DNA of 64,000 nucleotides from a virus (Duplodnaviria; Caudoviricetes): IMG/VR virus record IMGVR_UViG_641736147_000004, positions 1 to 64,000 of that record; one strand, 5' to 3'. Shown piece by piece: positions 39,955 to 49,604 of this stretch (position 1 is its first letter; each line of letters starts with the position of its first letter). The notes under the pieces were generated by a model. It saw only the letters and a program-made list of their open reading frames with translations, ran no database searches and was not told where the DNA came from. The position numbers and the translations under genes were made by a program.

Positions 39955-40132
39955 ATTATTTACGTTCCTCCTATAATTTAGTATTATGTGATTATACTAC
40001 CATACAACATATGGTATTCGCAAGTTTAATTATGACTATATATAGTATATTGTTATGTATTTATTTAAGTTTAACTATTACAGCAAAGACTTTAAATTAA
40101 ATACACAAGATCTCTCAACAATAATATTAAAC

Positions 40133-41134
40133 TTATTTTTGAATTGTTTTACAAATAACACCACGTATAATATTACTTCCATCCTTTGCTTTTACACCAT
40201 CATTTATAATTAAATAATATACTTCATTATGATTTAAAGATTGTCTAGGAACAATTCCTATTTTATTAGGCTTTAACATACTAAAATCTAGTAAAATCTG
40301 TTCACTAGTTTCTTCTGAAATTAATTTTATGTTTTCATTGTTAATAGTATCTGGATTAATACTTTTTGAAAATGTCACTTTAATCTCTTGTTTAATATGT
40401 ATAGTATTTAAATCTTTAAAATTCCTATACTCTTTTTTACTTTTATCTATATAATCTTTAGTTTTTGTAACATTTAAAGCTTTTTCTTGTGCTTCATTGT
40501 ACTTTTTCTTTTTCTTAGTAATATATTCTCTGACACCTTGAACTTCTTTTTCCTTTGATATCAATTTTTCGTTTACTTTATTTATATCGTCTTTTATAAA
40601 ATCTAAATCCATATCCCATATAATTTTAGACTTCCTATCACAATTGCTTAATTTCTTATCAATATAATCTAGATTTGATTTTTCTATATTAAAACTTTCA
40701 TCTAAAATAACTACATTATTGACATATTCCTTGACTCCACTTCTATTTTCCGTGTCTTTAAATTGTTCATTCTCTTGTTGCAGTTTTTTCATTTCATCTT
40801 TTAATTCATCAATTTTAGCATATAATTTTTTTCTTTCTTTCTCCAGGGACTTCTCTCTACTTTTAAGCTCATTCTTTTCATCTTCTGATATAAACAATGA
40901 ACTATCATAAGTATAATCACTATAACTAGTTCCTTTATGACCATGTGTACTTGGGTAACTTCTTGTATGAGGTCTAACATAAGTCCCATCTTTCCTGTAA
41001 TATCCTCTTACACTAACGTTTCCACTACGTCTTCCTCTTCCACCAGATCCACGTGATTTCGCAAATGCAACTTGGGAAAATAATAAACTTAATACTAATA
41101 CTAGAATGACCGTAACCTTACTCGTCTTACTCAT
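40133..41134 (-). CDS. Secreted protein: signal peptide, VRGYYRKDGTYVRPH motif, coiled coil, C-terminal Ig-like (Big_5) domain
   Basis: Signal ending AFA; IKVTFSKSINPDTI..YYLIINDGVK. Confidence 0.7.
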   Translation of the reverse strand: MSKTSKVTVILVLVLSLLFSQVAFAKSRGSGGRGRRSGNVSVRGYYRKDGTYVRPHTRSYPSTHGHKGTSYSDYTYDSSLFISEDEKNELKSREKSLEKERKKLYAKIDELKDEMKKLQQENEQFKDTENRSGVKEYVNNVVILDESFNIEKSNLDYIDKKLSNCDRKSKIIWDMDLDFIKDDINKVNEKLISKEKEVQGVREYITKKKKKYNEAQEKALNVTKTKDYIDKSKKEYRNFKDLNTIHIKQEIKVTFSKSINPDTINNENIKLISEETSEQILLDFSMLKPNKIGIVPRQSLNHNEVYYLIINDGVKAKDGSNIIRGVICKTIQK

Positions 41135-41340
41135 TTTATTCCTCCATTAGTAGTTTATTTATTTAATATTATACAATATTTTGTTTCATTATGAAACATT
41201 ATCCATATATCTATTAAATTTATTCCGTAAACCACTAATAATCATTTATATGAAATTCACATTAATGAATATATTGTAAATAAGTCCTCAATATGCTATT
41301 ATTAATTTACATAATATTACCTATAAGGGGGCATAAAATT

Positions 41341-42303
41341 ATGCTTAAGAAAAAACTCGTATTATCATTAATAACTGCTGGTTGCTTATCATTTATACCA
41401 ACTATAGCAAATGCTCAAGTAAATGGTTATCTAATAAAAGATAAATCTACTAATGTAGTTTATAAATATAATCTAAATGATTTAGAAGATTCTATGTTAG
41501 GTGATAAAGCATTCCTAAATGAATTCCAAAATAAATGTAAAAATGATGGACTATTCGCATTCTGTGATGATAGCAAAAAAGTAGTTGCTTATGCAGATGT
41601 AATAGAAGACTTCTTACAAAATAAAGATAACTTCAATTTAGAAAAATATATAAAGAATGACAAAACACCTAGTATTAAAGTAGATAAAATTGAACAGGTT
41701 AAAGTAGATGAAAAAACTGATAACAAGCCTGTTGTTAAACCAGATACTAAACCTGTCCAAAAGGAAGAAGCTAAGCAAGATAATAATAAAATTGATATAC
41801 AAAAACTAAAACAACAGATTAAAACTCCTGAAGACTTAGAAAAATTCTTGAATGAAGATAGTCGTTTTAATCAATTGAAGACTCCTATGGGAACATTTAA
41901 CTTTACTACTAAAGTAGATATTAATACAAGTAAAAAAATATACTCTAAAGCATGTGATTTTGAAGTTGTACAAACATGGACTAAAGATTTAAGTCCTGTT
42001 GATTTAGTATTTAGTAGAAAATATACTCAAAAACAAATGTTAGAACTATCTTCACTCATGAAAGATCATCAAAAGAAAGTTGCTAATTTATCTTTAGCTT
42101 TATTTCCTAATGAAAAACTAAGAGGTTGTTTTTTAAGTAAAAATAAAAATGAAATAAATAGATTTAAAAATTACAAACCAGACATATTATTTCATTTTTG
42201 GTGTAATTACAATGATGAATATGCGCATATGTATGGTGAAAGCGAAATAACAAAATTCCACTTCGGTATTCATGCTGACACTTTTTGGTTCAATGAAAAC
42301 TAG
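41341..42303 (+). CDS. Secreted protein on the strand opposite the tail operon (moron)
   Basis: MLKKKLVLSLITAGCLSFIPTIANA signal; P/K-rich linker. Confidence 0.7.
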   Translation: MLKKKLVLSLITAGCLSFIPTIANAQVNGYLIKDKSTNVVYKYNLNDLEDSMLGDKAFLNEFQNKCKNDGLFAFCDDSKKVVAYADVIEDFLQNKDNFNLEKYIKNDKTPSIKVDKIEQVKVDEKTDNKPVVKPDTKPVQKEEAKQDNNKIDIQKLKQQIKTPEDLEKFLNEDSRFNQLKTPMGTFNFTTKVDINTSKKIYSKACDFEVVQTWTKDLSPVDLVFSRKYTQKQMLELSSLMKDHQKKVANLSLALFPNEKLRGCFLSKNKNEINRFKNYKPDILFHFWCNYNDEYAHMYGESEITKFHFGIHADTFWFNEN

Positions 42304-45300
42304 TCAAATAATATTTTGCCATCCTTAGTAAACGTAATTTGTCTACCCGACATATGATGTATTTCTAATTGCCCTTCACCTGTATTAATACGTGCAAGGG
42401 CTTTTAGTGCATCTGTTTGCGTAGTATCCCAAAAATCAATTTGTGCATTTGACTCATTATTGACATATATCTGCACTCTTTTACTGTTTTTTGTGTCACT
42501 GAATTCGTCCATATTTGCATACCATACTTGACAGCCTCCTGGTATCTCTTTTCTACTAACGTTGCCAATAAACATTTGTGGTCTACCTCGTTTATCACCC
42601 ATTTGAATATAACTACCATATTCATTATTGCCACTGTATAATGCTAATCTTGGATTCTTTACATCTTCACCAAAAACCATCTGCGAAATGCCTTTTCTTT
42701 CCATAGGATTTTTATTTGTATCAGCTGTTAATGTTATACTTGGGTCTCCTTTGGTATTAAATAATTTTACTACTCCAGAGCTTTGCCACTTATTTTCATT
42801 ATCTCTAGCAGAAATTAGTACATTCTTTTTTTTATTTCCTGTATATAATTCTAATGATCCTGCGTCGTCTTGTCTTCTTATACCTAAAAATGCACGTGGA
42901 TTGGTTAATTCTTTGTTATAAAGTTTTAAATGCCCACCTTCATAATCAGGGTCTCCTTCTAATGCACCTAGTAATACATTAATATTATCTTTTTCTTGTC
43001 CATTTACTTGTATTATTCCACCTTTATCATTTCCAGTTAATGATATCAAAGGGTTCTTATAATTATTATTTATAATAACTTCACCACTTTTATCATTTCC
43101 AAGTAATGATATTATAGGATTTTCGTCATTATTATTTATAATAATTTCACCATTTTTATCGTTACCTAATAGTGAAACTATATTTTTTGTATTCTTGTTC
43201 TTAATATTTATTATACCAGTATCTTCGTTTTTAAGAATTCCTAGTTCTAACCTTTCTCTACTATTATCATTTTCAGTAATAAATCCTTTTGATACTTTAT
43301 CAGCATTAATACCACTGAAAATTTTCATAAATCCACCGCTATATTTATTGCTAGGAGGTGACCCAAGAAATACATTAGTGTTTCCATTCCAATCATTAAC
43401 TAATAGCTTTCCACCCTTTTCCTTATCCTTATATGCATCTAATAAAATAACTCTGTTTTCCTCAGGCTCTAAATCCCATTTATGACTTCCTACCCATTGT
43501 TCCAAATGTCTTGTTACCCTTAATCTACCATCGAGTCGCATATCACCATTTTCATCACAGTATATAGCATCTTGTCCATTTTGATTGACGATTTTGATTT
43601 TACCATTGTCTACTGCCAATCCTTTATCATTTAACTCGGTGTTAGTATTAATTACATGGAATGATTTGGCGTATATTTCTCCATCCATATCTAGCCACAA
43701 TAAATCTCGCCAGTCAGATACTTTATCATCTCTCTTTTGTATCTTAAATCCAACTTCAGGATTCATATAAATTCTATTTAACAAGTTTTTTCTTACTAAA
43801 GATAGGTCCATATTAATAGCTTTCATATGATTACCATCAACCAAGAATGAACTTTCTCCTTTATCATTCATGTTAGTTATGATTAATTTGTTTGAACCTA
43901 TAACCTTGCCGTATAAAGCGGGAGCAAAAACCCCCTGTGGATTTATTGCCAATGAACAACTATTCCAACCGTCTTGAGTGAAAGCCAAGGTGTTATTAAC
44001 GAGTCTTAATTGCTCATTATCATCAAACATATCTTTCATTTGTATTCCACGTTCATCTATTCTTATATTCTGATTTCTAGCACTTAGCACTCTATTCTTT
44101 GAGCTATCTAAGGCATTATTCATAATCTTAGATATTAAGTCAGTATTCTTTCCACTTAAATCCCACTTATGCTTAAACATATCAATAGTATTATTTGCAT
44201 CATTAGCCATTTTAGCAATATCACTTATATACTTAATATCATCATCTAGTTCTTTTTTATTTGATATGGTTAATTGTAAGTCACCTTTATCTATTCCATG
44301 TGATATCTTTACTATCTTAGCTTGGACATATAAGTCAAAGTCATCATAATAGATATTAACAATATCACCTATATTAACTTTATCCCAGTCTTTCTGACAC
44401 TCTACTATGTTAAGGAAGTCAACCATTTCTATTTCAAATTTTATTGAAGGTTTACTTAATTTCTTTGATGCTTTCAATCCTGCTTCATATAATTCATTGG
44501 CATTGTCATAGTTTTTATTTTCCCATACTCCTTCTTTAACAAAGTTATCAAGTACATTTAATTGTGTCTTTGTAAAATTATTTTCTTTAGCTAGTTTCTT
44601 TCTTAATGTTTCTATATCTTTTTTCTTATTATCAATATCATTCTCTACGGATTTTAATTCTTTTTCTTTATCCTTTATTTGTTTGTCAACTTCTTCAATT
44701 TTCTTGTTATATTCAGTTAAATCAAATGCATGTATATCAGAAAAATCTATATCTATTCCATCTTCGGTATGTACTCCATCACCTGTACTTTCAGAATACT
44801 TTACATGATGAGTTTTGTGTTGTATCTCAACATCCTTTATATCTTCCTTCTGAGTTTTCTTCATATTTAAATCTACAATTTGATTGCCAATTTCTATTAC
44901 TTTTTCTTCAAATGTTTTCAACTCTTGAAGATAATTATAAAACTTAGGATATTCATTTTTTAATACTTGGTCGTACTTATCTAAAGCATCTAGTAAATCA
45001 TAACTCATGTATTTAGGATTCCTATAGTAACTATAATCTTCAATATACTCAGTACCTAGTGGATTTACACTAGCAATAGATAACTTTTTCTTGCCATACA
45101 CTCTTAATCTTGTAATTACTTCATCGTTAATAGTCTCTTTTTTGATTTGTTTCAAGTAGTTTTCTTTAGAAATATATAATCCTTTATTCCTACAAAAGTT
45201 ATCTATACTATATATATTAAACTTCTGATTTATAGTATCTACATCAACTATGCACTGAAATAAATCAGTAATTTTTTTGTATATTATTTCTAACCAAACA

Positions 45301-46136
45301 CCATTTTTTATATCAAACGTTTTATATTTTCTATGATTCTGACCCTTGCTTCTATCTTCACGAACTTCAGGATCAATATAACCTATTGTCCATGACGTTT
45401 CTTGTTCAAGTAGATTCAATAATCCTTCGCCTGTTTCAGATACGATTTTCATTTCCACATTAATCTTTTTATTGAATACATCTGATACTTCATGTGTAAT
45501 GTGCAAACCCTCAAATTGCTTATATTCGTCACCTGAATTCCATACATATTCATTTAACAAATTACCAAAATTATCATATAACTTAATAAATACATTTTTA
45601 CCTTTTTGAATTTCAAATGTATTACTATAGTTATTCCATGTGTTACCGTCTAAACTATATTTGATACTGCATACAGTTGTTTCATGTCCATCTTTATATA
45701 ATTGTCTAGTGCCTTGTAACTTAGGTAAATATCTTTTAGTTAATAGAAATTCTCTACTATAAGCATGAATATGTTTTGTATTAAATTCACTAGCTATATC
45801 ACTTACACTATTAATAACAAACATTATTTTATTGTTTACTTTTAAAAATAGATGATCGTGAGTTTCATCCCAATTATAATTTTTAATTTGTTCATATTGT
45901 GAGTTTATGTAAAATGGTAAATCAAATTCTAACTCATCAACTGCATTTATATATTGATTAATTATTACATTGTATGCTTCATCTAATATAGCCAATTCTT
46001 CACCATTAGGCTTACATAATATTATCTCAAGCCCTTCTCTTGCATTATCTTTATCTAAATCTATATATCCTAAATTAAGTAACTTATCACTTTTTTCTTT
46101 TGTTATTAGTTTTCCATTAAAATAAATTTTACTCAA
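42300..46136 (-). CDS. Tail spike / Tal-like baseplate hub protein with coiled coil and C-terminal beta-repeat region
   Basis: DELEFDLP, ITRLRVYG, EYIEDYSYY, IGDIVNI, LAFTQDGW..LAINPQG; follows Dit. Confidence 0.8.
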   Translation of the reverse strand: MSKIYFNGKLITKEKSDKLLNLGYIDLDKDNAREGLEIILCKPNGEELAILDEAYNVIINQYINAVDELEFDLPFYINSQYEQIKNYNWDETHDHLFLKVNNKIMFVINSVSDIASEFNTKHIHAYSREFLLTKRYLPKLQGTRQLYKDGHETTVCSIKYSLDGNTWNNYSNTFEIQKGKNVFIKLYDNFGNLLNEYVWNSGDEYKQFEGLHITHEVSDVFNKKINVEMKIVSETGEGLLNLLEQETSWTIGYIDPEVREDRSKGQNHRKYKTFDIKNGVWLEIIYKKITDLFQCIVDVDTINQKFNIYSIDNFCRNKGLYISKENYLKQIKKETINDEVITRLRVYGKKKLSIASVNPLGTEYIEDYSYYRNPKYMSYDLLDALDKYDQVLKNEYPKFYNYLQELKTFEEKVIEIGNQIVDLNMKKTQKEDIKDVEIQHKTHHVKYSESTGDGVHTEDGIDIDFSDIHAFDLTEYNKKIEEVDKQIKDKEKELKSVENDIDNKKKDIETLRKKLAKENNFTKTQLNVLDNFVKEGVWENKNYDNANELYEAGLKASKKLSKPSIKFEIEMVDFLNIVECQKDWDKVNIGDIVNIYYDDFDLYVQAKIVKISHGIDKGDLQLTISNKKELDDDIKYISDIAKMANDANNTIDMFKHKWDLSGKNTDLISKIMNNALDSSKNRVLSARNQNIRIDERGIQMKDMFDDNEQLRLVNNTLAFTQDGWNSCSLAINPQGVFAPALYGKVIGSNKLIITNMNDKGESSFLVDGNHMKAINMDLSLVRKNLLNRIYMNPEVGFKIQKRDDKVSDWRDLLWLDMDGEIYAKSFHVINTNTELNDKGLAVDNGKIKIVNQNGQDAIYCDENGDMRLDGRLRVTRHLEQWVGSHKWDLEPEENRVILLDAYKDKEKGGKLLVNDWNGNTNVFLGSPPSNKYSGGFMKIFSGINADKVSKGFITENDNSRERLELGILKNEDTGIINIKNKNTKNIVSLLGNDKNGEIIINNNDENPIISLLGNDKSGEVIINNNYKNPLISLTGNDKGGIIQVNGQEKDNINVLLGALEGDPDYEGGHLKLYNKELTNPRAFLGIRRQDDAGSLELYTGNKKKNVLISARDNENKWQSSGVVKLFNTKGDPSITLTADTNKNPMERKGISQMVFGEDVKNPRLALYSGNNEYGSYIQMGDKRGRPQMFIGNVSRKEIPGGCQVWYANMDEFSDTKNSKRVQIYVNNESNAQIDFWDTTQTDALKALARINTGEGQLEIHHMSGRQITFTKDGKILFD

Positions 46137-46148
46137 GTTTCCACCGCC

Positions 46149-46943
46149 TTATATTGTAATTGGATAAGAACATCTGAATATAACATCCACATCCCCTACC
46201 ACCTTAATTCTATTTATCCCCTTAACTAACTTAAACCAATTTTTATTAAAGTTAGACAATCTATATACTTTATTACCTTTGAAATCTTTCTTATCAGACT
46301 CTATTTGTTTCATTTGATTATTAATGTATATAGTTTCTCCTTTGTCTATATTGCTAAAGGCAAGTTCTTCACCACCATTAGTTAAATTTACTAGTTTAAA
46401 ACTTGTATCTTCACTATGTACTTGGATCTCAGGATAATAATATTTAGATATATTGCTTAAATTATTGATTTCTATAATATCACTTATGGCTTGTTTATGA
46501 TTATATTGTTCAATATATGTAGGTGAGAATGGATATGGAGCATTACATTTCATAGTAACAGTTATATATCCATGAAATAATCCATTATCAAATCTTGAAC
46601 CGTCATCTATGGGAGTACAATAATATATTACTTCTGGATTATCTAATGATAAAAGAGGTGCATAATAATCAGTATATAACCATTCAGCTATCTTCTTTCT
46701 TTCATCAAAAGTCCACTCTAAGTCATCTTCATTTATCTTACCTATAGTCATTTTAAAAGTTAAACATTCTTTTTCAAAACCATTAAAGTAAGGTATATCT
46801 CTTCCATTAATCTGCTCTTCTTGTATATTTCTTTTAATTCCAAAGGGGCTTTCTTTCATTCCACTTGTATCCACTGATATACAACTAACTCCCATAGTAT
46901 CAGAACTTATTCCGTTGTATTCAAATTGTTCCGATAAAAACAT
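46149..46943 (-). CDS. Distal tail protein (Dit)
   Basis: FEYNGISS..MGV, KIAEWL, MKCNAPYPFS, YYPEI, WFKLVKGINRIKV. Confidence 0.82.
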   Translation of the reverse strand: MFLSEQFEYNGISSDTMGVSCISVDTSGMKESPFGIKRNIQEEQINGRDIPYFNGFEKECLTFKMTIGKINEDDLEWTFDERKKIAEWLYTDYYAPLLSLDNPEVIYYCTPIDDGSRFDNGLFHGYITVTMKCNAPYPFSPTYIEQYNHKQAISDIIEINNLSNISKYYYPEIQVHSEDTSFKLVNLTNGGEELAFSNIDKGETIYINNQMKQIESDKKDFKGNKVYRLSNFNKNWFKLVKGINRIKVVGDVDVIFRCSYPITI

Positions 46944-47048
46944 AATTTACACCTCCTTTTTAAATTTAATATATTAATTTTGAAAATTTAAAGTCCATAA
47001 TTTTATATATAACAAAAACTCCTAATATCATTAAATACTAGGAGTTTA

Positions 47049-47468
47049 CTATTCTTCGTAATATGAATTATCTTCGAGTATTGATGTTAAATCCTCAAAA
47101 ATAAACTTATCTATTTGAATATTTCTCAATGTACAAGAAGCAATACTTAATGTTAATTGTATAGCCTGTTCATTGGTTAAATCTAATTCAATGCCATTTA
47201 TCCCAAGAAAAACCTTAGATACTGTTAGTCCAACTCTTTTATTGCCGTCTCTAAAACAATGCCCTTTAATGAAAAAATACATTAGCATAGACGCCTTATT
47301 AAATATTGTTGGATACTTTTCGTAACCAAATGATGGATATTGTTGTGACAATATACTTTGTACTTTCCCATCAGTATTATCAAAATGTCCTAATTCCCCG
47401 CCAAATTCTTCAATAGTCTGTTGATGTATTAAAAAAATATCTTCTTTATCTAACGTTTCAATTATCAT
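47049..47468 (-). CDS. doc: Doc/Fic-family toxin (cassette 4)
   Basis: HCFRDGNKRVG Fic motif. Confidence 0.9.
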   Translation of the reverse strand: MIIETLDKEDIFLIHQQTIEEFGGELGHFDNTDGKVQSILSQQYPSFGYEKYPTIFNKASMLMYFFIKGHCFRDGNKRVGLTVSKVFLGINGIELDLTNEQAIQLTLSIASCTLRNIQIDKFIFEDLTSILEDNSYYEE

Positions 47469-47477
47469 AATAGTTTA

Positions 47478-47717
47478 TTATTTTGCTAATTCTTTCATTG
47501 CTCTAGCATATTTTTTATTGCATTTTTTTATAGCTTCTAGGACTTTTTTCTTGTTAGATTTTACATATTGGTTTGTATGTTTTCTTTCTACTACCATTTC
47601 CATATTCATTTCTCCCTCTGTTAACGAATTAACACCATCGTTTTGTTTGCATACCTTTTTCAGCTTGTCCAAGCCTATCTTAACGAACTTTGAACTTGTC
47701 CAACGTTGTATCTTCAT
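47478..47717 (-). CDS. Doc antitoxin with MKIQRWTS extension (cassette 4; internal start 47603)
   Basis: C-terminal KYARAMKELAK typical of Doc-neutralising helices; two RBS/ATG pairs. Confidence 0.72.
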   Translation of the reverse strand: MKIQRWTSSKFVKIGLDKLKKVCKQNDGVNSLTEGEMNMEMVVERKHTNQYVKSNKKKVLEAIKKCNKKYARAMKELAK

Positions 47718-47914
47718 ATTACCACTCCTTGTCCCTATTTTCAATAAATTTATGGTAAAATATATAATTGTGTTATATTTTTTACTTAGATATAAATAAG
47801 TGATATTTCAGAATGTATTTGTAAATTATTTACATAATTATATTTTACCATAAATTGTTTATAAGTAGTAATGATATTATTTTATATAACAAAAACTCCT
47901 AATATCATTAAATA

Positions 47915-48304
47915 CTAGGAGTTTTGTTTGTCTGAAGCAATTCTTTGTTCTGTATATTGTTCTAACACATAATCGTGGAATAACTTTTCAACTGTATCTA
48001 AGTCACTGGGATGCAAATCCCCTTTCTTTCTCTCGAACATATCTATAGGTAAATACATACTTTTAGAAGCTCTAGCTGTGGATTTCATTTTCAGTTTAGC
48101 CTCTTTCCAATAAAATATTCTATAATCAAATTTATCTCTAGGTTCATGTTTAGTCACTTTAATGCTTAACACACCTATCTCTTCATCATTTTCTTGTAGC
48201 ACAATAACAGGACGTGGTTTTAATACAGGTTCATCTTCAAATGGAAATAGGGCATACCAAACCTCTCCTCTTTTCGGATGTTTATTTTGTTTCGCTTCTG
48301 TCAT
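47915..48304 (-). CDS. PemK/MazF toxin (cassette 5)
   Basis: KRGEVWYALFPFED..KPRPVIVL..IKVTKH..WKEAKL. Confidence 0.88.
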   Translation of the reverse strand: MTEAKQNKHPKRGEVWYALFPFEDEPVLKPRPVIVLQENDEEIGVLSIKVTKHEPRDKFDYRIFYWKEAKLKMKSTARASKSMYLPIDMFERKKGDLHPSDLDTVEKLFHDYVLEQYTEQRIASDKQNS

Positions 48305-48509
48305 ATATATCGTCCCATTCATCTTCATCATTCCATTCATCGTCTTGAGAAATAATAGGTCTTCCCTTTGCATCTATTTTTATATTTCGCATTAGCATTT
48401 CTTTCAATGCAAATTTATTAATTCTTAAGCAATTTTCCATTTTAGCCCCCCCATTTCTTATATAAAATGCCCTTTTAATCTGTGAACTTGTCCACTTCTT
48501 TAATTTCAT
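48282..48509 (-). CDS. Antitoxin with MKLKKWTS extension (cassette 5; internal start 48440)
   Basis: Acidic ISQDDEWNDEDEWD tail; overlaps the toxin start. Confidence 0.72.
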   Translation of the reverse strand: MKLKKWTSSQIKRAFYIRNGGAKMENCLRINKFALKEMLMRNIKIDAKGRPIISQDDEWNDEDEWDDIYDRSETK

Positions 48510-48712
48510 ATTACCACTCCTTATCCAACTTTTCAATGAAATTTTGGTAAAATATATGATATTATGTTATATTTTTGTATTTGTGCATCTAATAATTTTA
48601 TATTTTTTATGCAAATTATTTACATAATTATATTTTACCATATATTGGTTATAAGTAGTAATGATATTATTTCATATAACAAAAACCCCTAATATCGTTG
48701 AATACTAGGAGT

Positions 48713-49060
48713 TTAAAAATGTTGTTTGACAATTCTATTGATAACTTTATCAAAATCCTCATCTGTCATAACACCAATCTTTTTATACAATTTATTAGAT
48801 GGAATCTTGTACAATTTATTGACTTTTACAAATGACATTTTATCAAGCCCAGCTTCTTTCCACTTAACTATAGGTTTTTTGAACTTATCAAAGTGTCCTG
48901 GTGGGTCTTTAGGTTTTGCACTAGTTATTTCAGAAATAGTGTACGAAGTTTCTTTATCAGTTACATTTTTATTAATTATTATGATAGGTCTGTTTTTTGC
49001 TTTCTCAATTTTATCTTCATAATAAATACGAACTATATAAATATCTTTAATATCTGCCAT
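48713..49060 (-). CDS. PemK/MazF toxin (cassette 6)
   Basis: DIYIVRIYYED..KNRPIIII..EITS..WKEAGLDKMSFV. Confidence 0.88.
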   Translation of the reverse strand: MADIKDIYIVRIYYEDKIEKAKNRPIIIINKNVTDKETSYTISEITSAKPKDPPGHFDKFKKPIVKWKEAGLDKMSFVKVNKLYKIPSNKLYKKIGVMTDEDFDKVINRIVKQHF

Positions 49061-49070
49061 ATATTAATAC

Positions 49071-49295
49071 CTATTCTTCATCCTCATACCAATCTTTATG
49101 ATTAGGATTATTAGAATCTAATTCCACCATATTGTCCTTACCTGTTAACAAGGTAAGTTTAGCACTAATTTTATCTAGTGCTGATTGGATTTCTGGAGTT
49201 TTATGAAATACTACTTCCATATTATCTGCTCCTCTCTTATGTATCTTTAACTTGTACACCTTTTTATTAAAACTTGTCCAACGTTGTATTTTCAT
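49071..49295 (-). CDS. Antitoxin with MKIQRWTS extension (cassette 6; internal start 49220)
   Basis: ELDSNNPNHKDWYEDEE tail; two RBS/ATG pairs. Confidence 0.72.
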   Translation of the reverse strand: MKIQRWTSFNKKVYKLKIHKRGADNMEVVFHKTPEIQSALDKISAKLTLLTGKDNMVELDSNNPNHKDWYEDEE

Positions 49296-49511
49296 ATTAA
49301 CACCCCCTACCTTATTTTTCAATAAAAATTCTGGTAAAATATATGGTACTATGATATATTTTTCTACTTAAATATAATTCACCAATATTCTAGATTGTAA
49401 TTGTAAATTATTTACACAATTATATTTTACCATAAATTGGTTAGGGTTTGTAATAATATTACATACATAAAGGAGCGCGGATACTTAACATAAAATCACA
49501 GTTTTATTTAC

Positions 49512-49604
49512 TTATCTAAACGAACTAAATAAAATTGTTATAGATTGTACCAAGCTTATCCAAAACATAATCTCAATCGCCAAAAATTTTATTTTTTTGT
49601 ACAC
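49512..49604 (-). CDS. 30-aa hydrophobic peptide, type I toxin candidate (not in ORF track)
   Basis: GGGGGAGGTG RBS, GTG start, MYKKIKFLAIEIMFWISLVQSITILFSSFR; upstream anti-SD. Confidence 0.6.
   Translation of the reverse strand: MYKKIKFLAIEIMFWISLVQSITILFSSFR

Larger units (their letters stand above)
29357..49440 (-). repeat. Dispersed ~150-200 bp cassette-head repeat, 6 copies (~29357-29510, 36155-36320, 38786-38950, 47693-47855, 48485-48645, 49271-49440)
   Basis: Shared ACTTGTCCAACGTTGTATTTTCATATT core, RBS, TGGTAAAATAT..ATATTTTACCA and TGTAAATTATTTACA; copy 1 is the most diverged. Confidence 0.9.

Noticed and set aside
36181-49322. Longer TTG-started N-termini (MKSWARGVN, MKNGTRSGN etc.) for the tagged ORFs
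   Set aside because: Those codons are the SD region of the conserved ATG, have no RBS of their own, and are absent in cassette 1.
29357-49440. CRISPR array or classical integron attC sites
   Set aside because: The repeats are 0.8-9 kb apart, contain promoter, RBS and coding sequence, and no cas gene or attC consensus was recognised.
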